Below, one piece after another: positions 1 through 9,000 of a stretch of 49,795 nucleotides of DNA. The notes under the pieces are model-generated. The model made no database searches. It was not told where the DNA came from and worked only from the letters and a program-made list of their open reading frames with translations. The position numbers were made by a program, and so were the translations under genes. The first letter of the stretch is position 1. Every line of letters starts with the position of its first letter. This stretch comes from an uncultured Pseudobdellovibrionaceae bacterium (GTDB taxonomy: Bacteria > Pseudomonadota > Alphaproteobacteria > Micavibrionales > Micavibrionaceae). The DNA lies in the NCBI GenBank assembly GCA_964409255.1, contig CAYPCP010000001.1, positions 1 through 49,795 of the forward strand, read 5' to 3'.

Positions 1-3000
1 AAACGTTCACGCCTCCCGCCGTTGCGCAGGTGTTGGGAGAGTTGACGATACAAACCAAGCGCTGTGCTGTGTTGCAGGCGAGCATATCTCCCGCCCATCC
101 ATCATGAATCCAGCGGTTTTCGTTTGTTTTATTTGAATTACCGTACAGACCACTATTGCCAGAAGAAGAGTTTTCCCAACCCTCGCAAGTCCAACCGTCT
201 GAATCATCATTTGGTTCATTTTCCCAATAATTTGAAGATCCATAGACGTCGCCGCGATTGGTCCAGTAATTTACGTTTCCACCAAAATATGTTGCCCCGG
301 ACCAATTATTTGCGTTATTGGGGCCCTTACCCATACTGTTTGTTGTAAAGGTCGCCCCGCCGACAGTAGCAGAGCCGGACCTCGCAAATTTATAAGACGT
401 AGAGGGCATAAGGCTGTTGCATTCATCACGACTACAAAGGAAAGCCTTAACTGTTGACGCGTTCAATGTCGCTGAACTTTTTCCAAGCCACGGATTAGCC
501 TGAAGGTCTGCCAAACATTTGTTGTTCGCCCCACTCAGGCCTCCTAAGTTTCCATTCCAGGTGCCAGAGGTCAAAACGAAGTATGGATCTTGACCGCCGC
601 TGCCTGCAAATTCGCAAGAACAAGCGCGTCTTGTGCCAGAGGCGGCCGCCGCTTCTAAGGTAGCCGTGGTTCCGCGTCTTCTTGTGCTTCCGCTTACCTG
701 ACAGCCCATAGTATTGGTTATGTTGCTGGAGTTGCCGCTGCCAGATGCAGAAAGCGCAGTAAGGACAGAACCGCAATTGGCATTGCTCCCCCCGCTACCG
801 GCGTAGGTTACTGTGGGTCCGCTGGCATTGTATGTTCCACCGACCGCGGTACACATGTCACCGCAACCCTGATTGTCTTCGGCTAGGAACCAGCATGCGC
901 CACCCACTTCGACTCCGCCACTTGTAGCGCAGGTGGGTCCTGTGGGCATTGCGGGCGGGTTACAAGCGCAGGCGCGGTGGGCGGTCCCTGATGAGTAAGC
1001 TGCGGTTGTCGTTGCTGTACCGCGATAACGACCTGCGTTTGCTTCGCTAATATAACATCCGCCAGCATTCGATATGGTCGTTGTAGAATTTCCACCGGCA
1101 CCAAATGCGTCCATGATGGCATCGCAATTCGTGTTTAGTCCGCCGCTGCCGCCATAAGACTCGGTGGCTGAATTATATGTGCCGCCAATTCCTGCGCAGA
1201 CGGTCGTACAAGTCTGGTTGACATCGCCAAGGAACCAGCATGCACCACCCACTTCATATCCGCCCGCATACGTACAATCGTTGGTCGATGATGCGTTGCT
1301 CGGGTGTACCATGCACACATAACGGTTGGTAAAGTTACAATATGCAGACTGAGTATTAAATCGGTCGCCATTCGTGTTGTTTGGTCCGCCAAGAAGCCCC
1401 ATGGAGCTCATCGAGCCATCAGTCCAATCCGTACACGAGGAATACAGGCCGCTTCCCGCGCCCCATTTGGTGGAACTGGATGCCAGACGTCCCGACCAAT
1501 AATTACCCGTTGTCCCGAAATGGGTTGCCGAAGACCAGTTATTGGCATTATTGGGTCCGATCCCGCTTGCATCTGCTGTCATAGACGCGCCGCCAGTCGA
1601 CAAACTGCCCATGGCCCCAAAGAAATACTCTTTATTTGGCTTAAGATTGTTGCAAACACTTGGATCGGTGAGCGTATCTGTGCACAGGAATGCTTTAACG
1701 GTCGTGCTGTTTAAGGTTGCGTTAGACTTTCCTTTCCACAATTTTGTTTTGAGGTTTGCAAGACACAGGGAGTTTGCAGCGGCGATCCCTCTGAAGTCAC
1801 CATTTTTAACTGTATCGGAAATTACAAAGTAGCCTGGTGTGGGCACCAAAGGTACATTGCCCAAATCGCAAGCGCAGGCCTGTTGGATGTTGGGTGCGTA
1901 TGCCGAGCAGCTTGTCGTCGGAGACGTTATGCGCGAACGTTCGCCGGATCCGTCCCAGTTGCAAGCCAGTCCAAAATAAGAGGTGCTGTCTGTTACAGAT
2001 CCGCTTCCCGTTTTGCCCAGAGCATTCAGAATGTTAAGGCAATTTGTATTCGATCCACCCGAACCGGCGTAATCTTTGGTGCCGGAAAGGTTGCAGGTAG
2101 AGCCTGCCGCAGAACATGTCTGGTCGCAGCTTTTGTTCGCGCCGGATTTAATCCAGCAGAATCCGCCGATGTATTTCCCGCCTGCTTCTTCGCAAGGGCT
2201 CAATCCAGGGCATGTCCAAGGTTCAATGCTTTTATATGTTCCACTGGTATTTGTGCCGTTCCCCACTGCTACGGGCGTTGAGACATCATACCCTGAACCA
2301 CCGCCCAGATTTCCGCCTGCTGCGGCCCCGCCGCCCCAGCAATATTGTCTGTTATTCGTACCGATGGCGCAGGTGACATAACTTCCTGCCGCGATGTTTT
2401 TATATGTGCCGCTGCTGTTGGCGCCATTCAAAACCAAGGTGGGCGCAAAGGCGGTCGATGTCCCGCCGTTACCAATCCCGCCATACGTATTATTTCCCCA
2501 GCAGTAAGCTTTATCGTCCGTGGCGATACCGCATGAATGAACGTTGCCAGAACTAATTTGTTTGAATGTTGATGGTCCTCCACCATTGGTGGCTGCGACA
2601 GGGGTGATCTGGTCCGTTCCGTATGATCCCGCGAGTAGGCCGCCGCCGCCGCTGCCCCAACAATAAACGTAATCATTCATGCCGATCCCGCAGGTAACTC
2701 CGTCGCCTGTACTGATCTGCTTGTATGTACCCGTTGGGTTGGCACCGTTGCGGGCAAGAACTGGTGAATTTCTTTGGGTTTTGGAATTATCGCCGACTTG
2801 CCCGCTGCCGTTTTTGCCCCAACAATAAACTTTGCTATCCATGCCTAAGCCGCAGCTATGGTCATAGGCAACGCTGATCTGCTTGTATGTGCCCGTGGGG
2901 TTTTCGCCGTTAAGAACGGCAACAGGAGTGGTTCTTGATACAGCGCTGCCATCCCCGATCTGGCCGCCGTCGCCCCGCCCCCAGCAATACGCCTTGCCAT

Positions 3001-5107
3001 TCATATCAAGGCCGCATGTGTGCTGGTTGGCGCTGAGCTGTTTATACGTTCCTGAAGCATTCGCGCCGTTGCTGACCGCCACGGCTGTATGTGTGCTGGT
3101 TGCAGTTCCATCGCCAAGCGCGCCATAATTATGGTCACCCCAGCAATACGCCTTATTATCTGCGCCAATGGCACAGCTATGACCTGTGCCGCCGACGACT
3201 TGCTGGAACATGCCGGACGAGTTGGCGCCGTTCAGGACGGTAGCCGGTGCTGTGCGGTTGGCTGTCGTACCGTCGCCAAGCCTTTGCACTCCCGTTCCTT
3301 GCCTACCCCAACAATATGTTTTGTAATCCGCGCCAATCGCACAAGCATGCGCCCCACCCATCGCGATAATGGGCTTAAAGGCCTTTTCGCATCCTTCGCT
3401 GTCCTCTGATGCCGGGCATGTGCCCGTCGCGGCATCCTGTGATACGGCGCAGAGAAGATAGCGTTGGTTGTTACATTGCTGCGCGCTTCCTTGAACAAAG
3501 CGTCCATCGTCTGTTGAGTTCGCCAATCCATGTACACCCATGTACGATGTCGTACCATCAGTATAACCATTGCATTTGTATGCGTTCGTTGTAGCAAACT
3601 CTGTGTTGTTCCAACCGTTTCCTGTATGTGAACGGTTCATCCAGTAAGTCACGGGTCCTAAAACAGTGCTCCAATTGTCGCTGTTATTGGGACCGAATCC
3701 ATTGCTATCCGTCGTGAAGGGAAGCCCGTACTTAGACGGATCTCCCGAGACAGCGAGGTTGTAAGTTTTGTTGGCACTCAGGCTGTTACATGTCCCGCCT
3801 GCGCAGAAGAATGCCTTGACCGTCGTGCTGTTCAGCGTGACGGCTGATTTCCCTTGCCAGTCATTGGCCTGAAGGTCGGCCAGACATTTCGCGGTTGCTC
3901 CGGCAAGGCCGCCCAGATTTCCGTTCCATGTCGCTGCGGTTCTGACCAGAAAGTGAGAATCCTGTTTTGTTTTCACGCAATTTTCGCATGCCGTTGCCGA
4001 TGAACCTGCCGGCCCGCCGGAAAGGACCGCTGTCTTCGTTCCGACACAGGCATTGGTGCCCGTAACATGAGAGCAGCATGTCGCGCCCGCGTCCTCGCAC
4101 AATGCGGCGCATTGCGATTTGTTGACGCCGCCAGTGTACTGGAACAACACTTGTTGCGGATCAGAGGCGCTGGTGCATGTGTTGCTTTCTACAAATGATG
4201 CATAACACGCGGTTTCAGCCAGCGGCTGTTTAACGCCTTCGGCGACCTGCCGGATGGAAACAGTCAGGTATGTTTCATTTACACCTGCGGCGCTGGCGGC
4301 CCGGCCAAGGCCGTATGCGCCGCCGGTGGTCGTTTCGTAATGCTGTATCTTGATGGTCGACGTACCGCTTAAAACGAACGTGCCGCGAATAACGCTGTGA
4401 GGGCTTTGTCCGCCCGTGGTTCCATTAAGAAGCGCAGTATTGCTCGTCTGATTGAAAAGCCGGGTCCCGACAACGCCGCCGCTGTAAAGGGGGACTGTCG
4501 CGTCGATATAATACGTACCGGCTGGCAAGGAGATGAGGTTCGTCGCCAGGCCTGCGCCAGACACCGTGTTGAGCAGAACGGTGCTCAGCGCATGATCCAC
4601 CCAGCTATTAAGCGCGCCGGAAGCAACGGAGGTGCCCGAAGAACGTTGGTCGATTGCGATAAATATTCCGGGAGTCAGTCCATCCGGGTCATCGGTGGTG
4701 CAATTTACGAGCGTTCCATCACCAACGCACCATTTGCCCGCTGTCAAAGTGCCGACCTGCGGATCTGTTTCCGCTGTGCCCGACAATGAATCAAGATATG
4801 CTTTATTGGCGGCATCCGTGCCGTCTACGGGTGCTCCAAGATTGATGATTTTCGATCCTGCAGCATCAAGGTTTTGTTTGGCTATGTGATTTCCCAAACT
4901 ATCGCCTGAGCCTTCCCCGCCTTCGACGCGGGCCATCCCGATCCAGATCGATCCATTGCAAAACTGCATCAGATTGCTGGTGGAATTATAAACCTGATCG
5001 CCTTCAAGACCGGCAGGATTGTCGCAAGCGGCGTATGCAGGGTTTGCGATAGCAAGCCCTATGAATGTAAAAACAACAGCTAAAAATTTTATTTTCAAAC
5101 CTTGCAT
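1..5107 (-). CDS. Giant secreted mosaic fibre/adhesin-like protein, N-terminal 1702 codons (C-terminus beyond the left window edge); absent from the supplied ORF track
   Basis: Manual minus-strand translation from ATG (cat at 5105-5107) is open for all 1702 codons down to nt 2. No listed minus-strand ORF uses this frame (end coordinate = 1 mod 3) in 1-5107. The track evidently omits ORFs with no stop inside the window. N-terminus MQGLKIKFLAVVFTFIGLAIANPAYA/ACDNPAGLEGDQVYNSTSNLMQFCNGSIWIGM is a signal peptide plus the Cys motif shared with the next two genes. Then: LGNHIAKQNLDAAGSKIINLGAPVDGTDAANKAYLD (tail-fibre collar-like); LPAGTYYIDA module; seven YCWG-centred RCC1-like repeats (about nt 2228-3376); three F(L/V)V..(T/K)(W/.)NGNLGGL.GA..KCLADL modules (DUF1554/endostatin-like; about 3443-3955, 1307-1834, 44-586); three Cys-rich ~105-aa modules (1868-2215, 962-1276, 614-931), with a fourth starting at the edge. 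Confidence 0.85.
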   Translation of the reverse strand, partial: MQGLKIKFLAVVFTFIGLAIANPAYAACDNPAGLEGDQVYNSTSNLMQFCNGSIWIGMARVEGGEGSGDSLGNHIAKQNLDAAGSKIINLGAPVDGTDAANKAYLDSLSGTAETDPQVGTLTAGKWCVGDGTLVNCTTDDPDGLTPGIFIAIDQRSSGTSVASGALNSWVDHALSTVLLNTVSGAGLATNLISLPAGTYYIDATVPLYSGGVVGTRLFNQTSNTALLNGTTGGQSPHSVIRGTFVLSGTSTIKIQHYETTTGGAYGLGRAASAAGVNETYLTVSIRQVAEGVKQPLAETACYASFVESNTCTSASDPQQVLFQYTGGVNKSQCAALCEDAGATCCSHVTGTNACVGTKTAVLSGGPAGSSATACENCVKTKQDSHFLVRTAATWNGNLGGLAGATAKCLADLQANDWQGKSAVTLNSTTVKAFFCAGGTCNSLSANKTYNLAVSGDPSKYGLPFTTDSNGFGPNNSDNWSTVLGPVTYWMNRSHTGNGWNNTEFATTNAYKCNGYTDGTTSYMGVHGLANSTDDGRFVQGSAQQCNNQRYLLCAVSQDAATGTCPASEDSEGCEKAFKPIIAMGGAHACAIGADYKTYCWGRQGTGVQRLGDGTTANRTAPATVLNGANSSGMFQQVVGGTGHSCAIGADNKAYCWGDHNYGALGDGTATSTHTAVAVSNGANASGTYKQLSANQHTCGLDMNGKAYCWGRGDGGQIGDGSAVSRTTPVAVLNGENPTGTYKQISVAYDHSCGLGMDSKVYCWGKNGSGQVGDNSKTQRNSPVLARNGANPTGTYKQISTGDGVTCGIGMNDYVYCWGSGGGGLLAGSYGTDQITPVAATNGGGPSTFKQISSGNVHSCGIATDDKAYCWGNNTYGGIGNGGTSTAFAPTLVLNGANSSGTYKNIAAGSYVTCAIGTNNRQYCWGGGAAAGGNLGGGSGYDVSTPVAVGNGTNTSGTYKSIEPWTCPGLSPCEEAGGKYIGGFCWIKSGANKSCDQTCSAAGSTCNLSGTKDYAGSGGSNTNCLNILNALGKTGSGSVTDSTSYFGLACNWDGSGERSRITSPTTSCSAYAPNIQQACACDLGNVPLVPTPGYFVISDTVKNGDFRGIAAANSLCLANLKTKLWKGKSNATLNSTTVKAFLCTDTLTDPSVCNNLKPNKEYFFGAMGSLSTGGASMTADASGIGPNNANNWSSATHFGTTGNYWSGRLASSSTKWGAGSGLYSSCTDWTDGSMSSMGLLGGPNNTNGDRFNTQSAYCNFTNRYVCMVHPSNASSTNDCTYAGGYEVGGACWFLGDVNQTCTTVCAGIGGTYNSATESYGGSGGLNTNCDAIMDAFGAGGNSTTTISNAGGCYISEANAGRYRGTATTTAAYSSGTAHRACACNPPAMPTGPTCATSGGVEVGGACWFLAEDNQGCGDMCTAVGGTYNASGPTVTYAGSGGSNANCGSVLTALSASGSGNSSNITNTMGCQVSGSTRRRGTTATLEAAAASGTRRACSCEFAGSGGQDPYFVLTSGTWNGNLGGLSGANNKCLADLQANPWLGKSSATLNASTVKAFLCSRDECNSLMPSTSYKFARSGSATVGGATFTTNSMGKGPNNANNWSGATYFGGNVNYWTNRGDVYGSSNYWENEPNDDSDGWTCEGWENSSSGNSGLYGNSNKTNENRWIHDGWAGDMLACNTAQRLVCIVNSPNTCATAGGVNV

Positions 5108-5132
5108 TGCGGATCTCTTAAATTTTTATCTG

Positions 5133-6059
5133 TTATGGTTCCGGTGTAGAGGAGATTTTCTTGATATAGATAGTAGATACGATGTCATCACCTGCGCCAA
5201 CGCCGATACCCAAATCGTTGTTTCCTGAATTCGTTGTGCCGTAATAATACTGAAGATCGATTGTGCCCGGCGCTTCCATATTGACATAGCCGGATGCGCG
5301 GCTATGGCCTGTTACGGCAAGCATGTAGATGGTCGTTCCATCTATGACCGGTGTTGATGTGTTTTTGACGATACGCGCCCGCGCATATTTTGCAATGCCA
5401 TAGAAAGCGGAATAGGCATCAATATAGTAACGGCCAACCGGAAGAGAGATGCTGCCGCTCGACAATGTAACGCCGGTAAGACCTTCGCAGGTTATGTTCG
5501 TCATGCTTCTTTTGGTCCATGCCGCAGATACGGCGGTTCCGCCATTACCGGCGGTTGGTATTGTCTGTATCGCTACGCATATTCCTCGCGGCGTAGCGCT
5601 AATCGCGGGCGGATCTGAGGTACAGACAATTTTCTCTCCGGCGGCGTCGGATTTACACCATTTTCCATTCGTTAAAGTTCCCACTTTGGGGTCGGCTTCC
5701 GATGTGCCGGTGCGCGCGTCGACGTAAGCTTTGGTTACCGCATCGCCTGGATCGGAAGGCGTGCCAAGATTAATCACCTTAAACCCGCCCATATCAAGAT
5801 TCTTGATTGCGGTGTGGTTGCCGAGGTCGTCAGGCCGCGGCTTAACAACCACACTCCCGTCCATCGATATCCAGTCGGCGCCGTCGCAAAACTGCATAAC
5901 ATTTTCTGTTGAGTTGTAAATCTGCGATCCTTCCGTTCCGATAGGCCCGCTGCAATTCGCGTAGGAAGAGGTCGGCGCACAGACAAGCAATCCCGCAATC
6001 GCTATAAGCGTTTGCAGTAATGGCTGTACCTGTCTGTGCTTTTCTACCATCTCGTCCAT
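5133..6059 (-). CDS. Short secreted fibre-like protein (minimal paralog of the two giant neighbours)
   Basis: 308-aa ORF; its ATG lies 3 nt after the upstream stop (6063). Hydrophobic N-terminus, then CSGPIGTEGSQIYNSTENVMQFCDGADWISM, DDLGNHTAIKNLDMGGFKVINLGTPSDPGDAVTKAYVDARTGTSEADPKVG..KWC (collar-like), and a C-terminal module LPVGRYYIDA...IDLQYYY...STIYIKKI shared with 1..5107 and 6063..10502. Confidence 0.8.
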   Translation of the reverse strand: MDEMVEKHRQVQPLLQTLIAIAGLLVCAPTSSYANCSGPIGTEGSQIYNSTENVMQFCDGADWISMDGSVVVKPRPDDLGNHTAIKNLDMGGFKVINLGTPSDPGDAVTKAYVDARTGTSEADPKVGTLTNGKWCKSDAAGEKIVCTSDPPAISATPRGICVAIQTIPTAGNGGTAVSAAWTKRSMTNITCEGLTGVTLSSGSISLPVGRYYIDAYSAFYGIAKYARARIVKNTSTPVIDGTTIYMLAVTGHSRASGYVNMEAPGTIDLQYYYGTTNSGNNDLGIGVGAGDDIVSTIYIKKISSTPEP

Positions 6060-6062
6060 CGG

Positions 6063-9000
6063 TTAATTTATTTTCTCTATCTTAAGAATGCCGTACGTTT
6101 CCGGCCCCGCAGCGTTCGGCATGCCGAACGGGGTGGGATCGGTCGAAGGTGTTCCGCTGATCAACACGGTCTGAAGTTTAATTGTGGCGGTCGACGATAA
6201 TGTGAATATTCCGCGCACATAGCTGTAAGTGATATGCCCCATCATAGGGGGAACAACGCCGGATCCGTTATAAGAAGGTGTTCCAGTGGCAAGAACGGCA
6301 CCGGCACTTGAATTGTACAAGCGGGCCTTTGCCGAACCATTCCGGGCAAACGGAACAACAGCATCGACATAATATTTTCCAGCAGGAAGCCTGATACCGC
6401 CATCGGTCATGATAATCTCCAGACTGTTTTGTCTGAGACGGTTTAGCGGATAATCGTACCAAGTTCCCGGTGTCATGCCGGTGGCCAGTCCTGCTGAACT
6501 GCCTTGAGTTTTTTCGCGCGCAGCAATCACAGTAAGCGGTGTTTCAGTGCCGCCAATGCTGGTCGCTGGTCCGCTTGGCGGGGCGACGGCGCAGAGAAGA
6601 TAATGTCCTGTGCTGCAAATAATACCACCTACGGGCTGCTCCCAGCGCGCGCTGTTGTTATAATTAGTGGCAATACCTGTCCCGCCTTTTTCAGGTCCGG
6701 TTGCGTTGGTCCAGTTACTGCAATGTGCAGTATTCGGTCCCGCTCCCCATTTTGTGCTTGTTCCCGTCGCGCGGTTTGTAAAGAAGCGACCGCTGTGCTG
6801 CGTTAATGCTTCTGTGTCTCCACCCCACGCATTTGAATCGTTCGGGCCAAGACCAGCGGCATCCGTCGTAAATGATTTACCCCCCTGAGTAGGTTCATCC
6901 GCCGCGGCAAAGGTATATTTTGTGTTGGGGGCGAGATCCTGACAAGTCGTGCTGTCGCAAAGCCATGCTTTGACTGTCGAGCTATTCAACGTAGCTTCGG
7001 ATTTCCCCTTCCAGTCAAAATCCTGAAGATCATCCAGACATTTCTGATTTGCTCCGGAAAGCCCGCCCAAATTGCCGGTATAAAGCCGCCTGCCCAGTAC
7101 AAAATATCCCGTTGGCCCGCTATCCGGATCTTTGTCGCAATTGATGACGCCGGAATTGGTCGCACACCATTTGCTTGCAGTGACAGCGCCAATCTTGGGA
7201 TCGGTTTCATTCGTGCCAGTGCGTGCGTCGATATACGCCTTGGTCGCGATATCCGTACCTGCCGACGGCGCACCCACATTGATGATGCGGTTGTTGTTCA
7301 TATTGATGTCTTTTGTCGCGGTATGATTCCCGAGATCGTCACCACCGACTTTACAAGCGCAGGCGCGCTGCACGCCGGCGGTGGCGGATAATTCCGTCGT
7401 CGCTAACGTCCCTCTGTAACGCAACGATCCGCTCAAGTAACAACCATGCGCGTTCGACGCGTTGGCGGCCGTCGTGCCTGCGGCGCCGAGCGCCGTCATG
7501 ACCGCCTGACAATTGGCTGCGTTACCGCCGCTCCCGGCATAGGTCAGTGTCGTATCATCATAAAGTCCGAAATTATCTTCGCATACTTTTTTGCAGCTAC
7601 GCCCGTTTCCGCCCAAGAACCAGCACGCATTGCCAACAAAATCACCTTCGGCATTGTCGCAACGCTCTTCCGCCGTTATATCGACGCTGCCGGTGCCAGC
7701 GCCATCGCCGAAAAATCCTGAACTTGCGCCGTTGGCGACTTTTGTCGGCACATTGCGGCTAATATTGTTGCCATCGCCAATTGAGTAATTTCCGCCACCA
7801 CCCCAGCAATACGCTTTGTTGTCGCTGGCAATGCCACAGACCGTACTACTGCTGCTGCTTTCTATGGTCCTGAAGCCTCCCGAGCTTTCGCCATTTAAAA
7901 CGGCGACCGGTGTAGGGCTGTCAACATTCGTGCCGTTGCCCAATGACCCTTGCGAGCCCATGCCCCAGCAATAGACTTTGTTATCAGTGCCGATAGCGCA
8001 CGTCTGCGCTTCCCCGGCAGTTATTTCTTTGTAGGTCCCGGGACCTTCGCCATTATTTACCAGCACTGGAATCAGACTATCCGCTGCAGGCCCTGTTGTG
8101 CCTAGCTGGCCACTAGAGTCGCTACCCCAACAATATGCTTTATCATCGGTACCAATGGCGCATGTATGTCCTTGACCGGTCGCAATTTTTTTAAACGTTC
8201 CTGGCGACGCGCCATTCAGGACAAGTGTCGGCGGCCCGCCTGCGGTTTGTGTTGTTGTATTATTTCCTAATTGTCCGCTGGAATTATAACCCCAGCAATA
8301 GGCTTTATTATCTGTACCAATCGCGCAGTGGCTGGCGGTTGAAGTAGATCCTAGATATTTGTATGTTCCTGCAGCATTCGCGCCATTTGAAACCACGCGT
8401 GGTACGGCGCTGCTTCCACCCGGACTTCCCATACCCCATGTCAAACCCCAGCAGTAAACTTTATTGTCAGTTGCAAGGCCGCAGGCTGTGTAAGCCGAAA
8501 CGGATAAAGATGTAAACGTTCCCGGCGATCCGCCGTTTTGAACCAATACGGGTTTATGGCTTGTAACGCCCTCGGCATTGTTTCCCAGTTCACCGTAATT
8601 GTTTAATCCGCCCCAGCAATATGTACTGTTGTTTGTATGTATGGCGCAGGTCTGATAATCAGTTTCGATAAGTTTATAGCTGTTGGAGACGTCCTCGCTT
8701 GATACTTCCACCGCCGTCGCTCTGTTCGTGGTGGTGTTGTCACCGACCGTACCTCGTGCGTTATAACCCCAGCAATAAGCCTTTCCGTCCGTGCCTATGG
8801 CGCAGCTTGTCTGACTCCCAGTCGATATTTTACCACGCTCCATAAGGGCGTTGCTTTCGCCGCCACTTGTGTCGGGGATCTGCTTCATACACCGCAAAAT
8901 TCTTGATGTACCAGTTCTGTTGCTGTTCCCCTTTGCGCCGTCGCTAAAACGTTGAATGACTTGGTTGATGGCATTTTCAGTTGAAGACCAGTAATAAGTT

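Noticed and set aside
1-5107. Reading the track's lack of a long ORF here as non-coding DNA or a decayed pseudogene
   Set aside because: One minus-strand frame is uninterrupted over the whole interval and encodes well-formed repeats homologous to the neighbouring intact gene.
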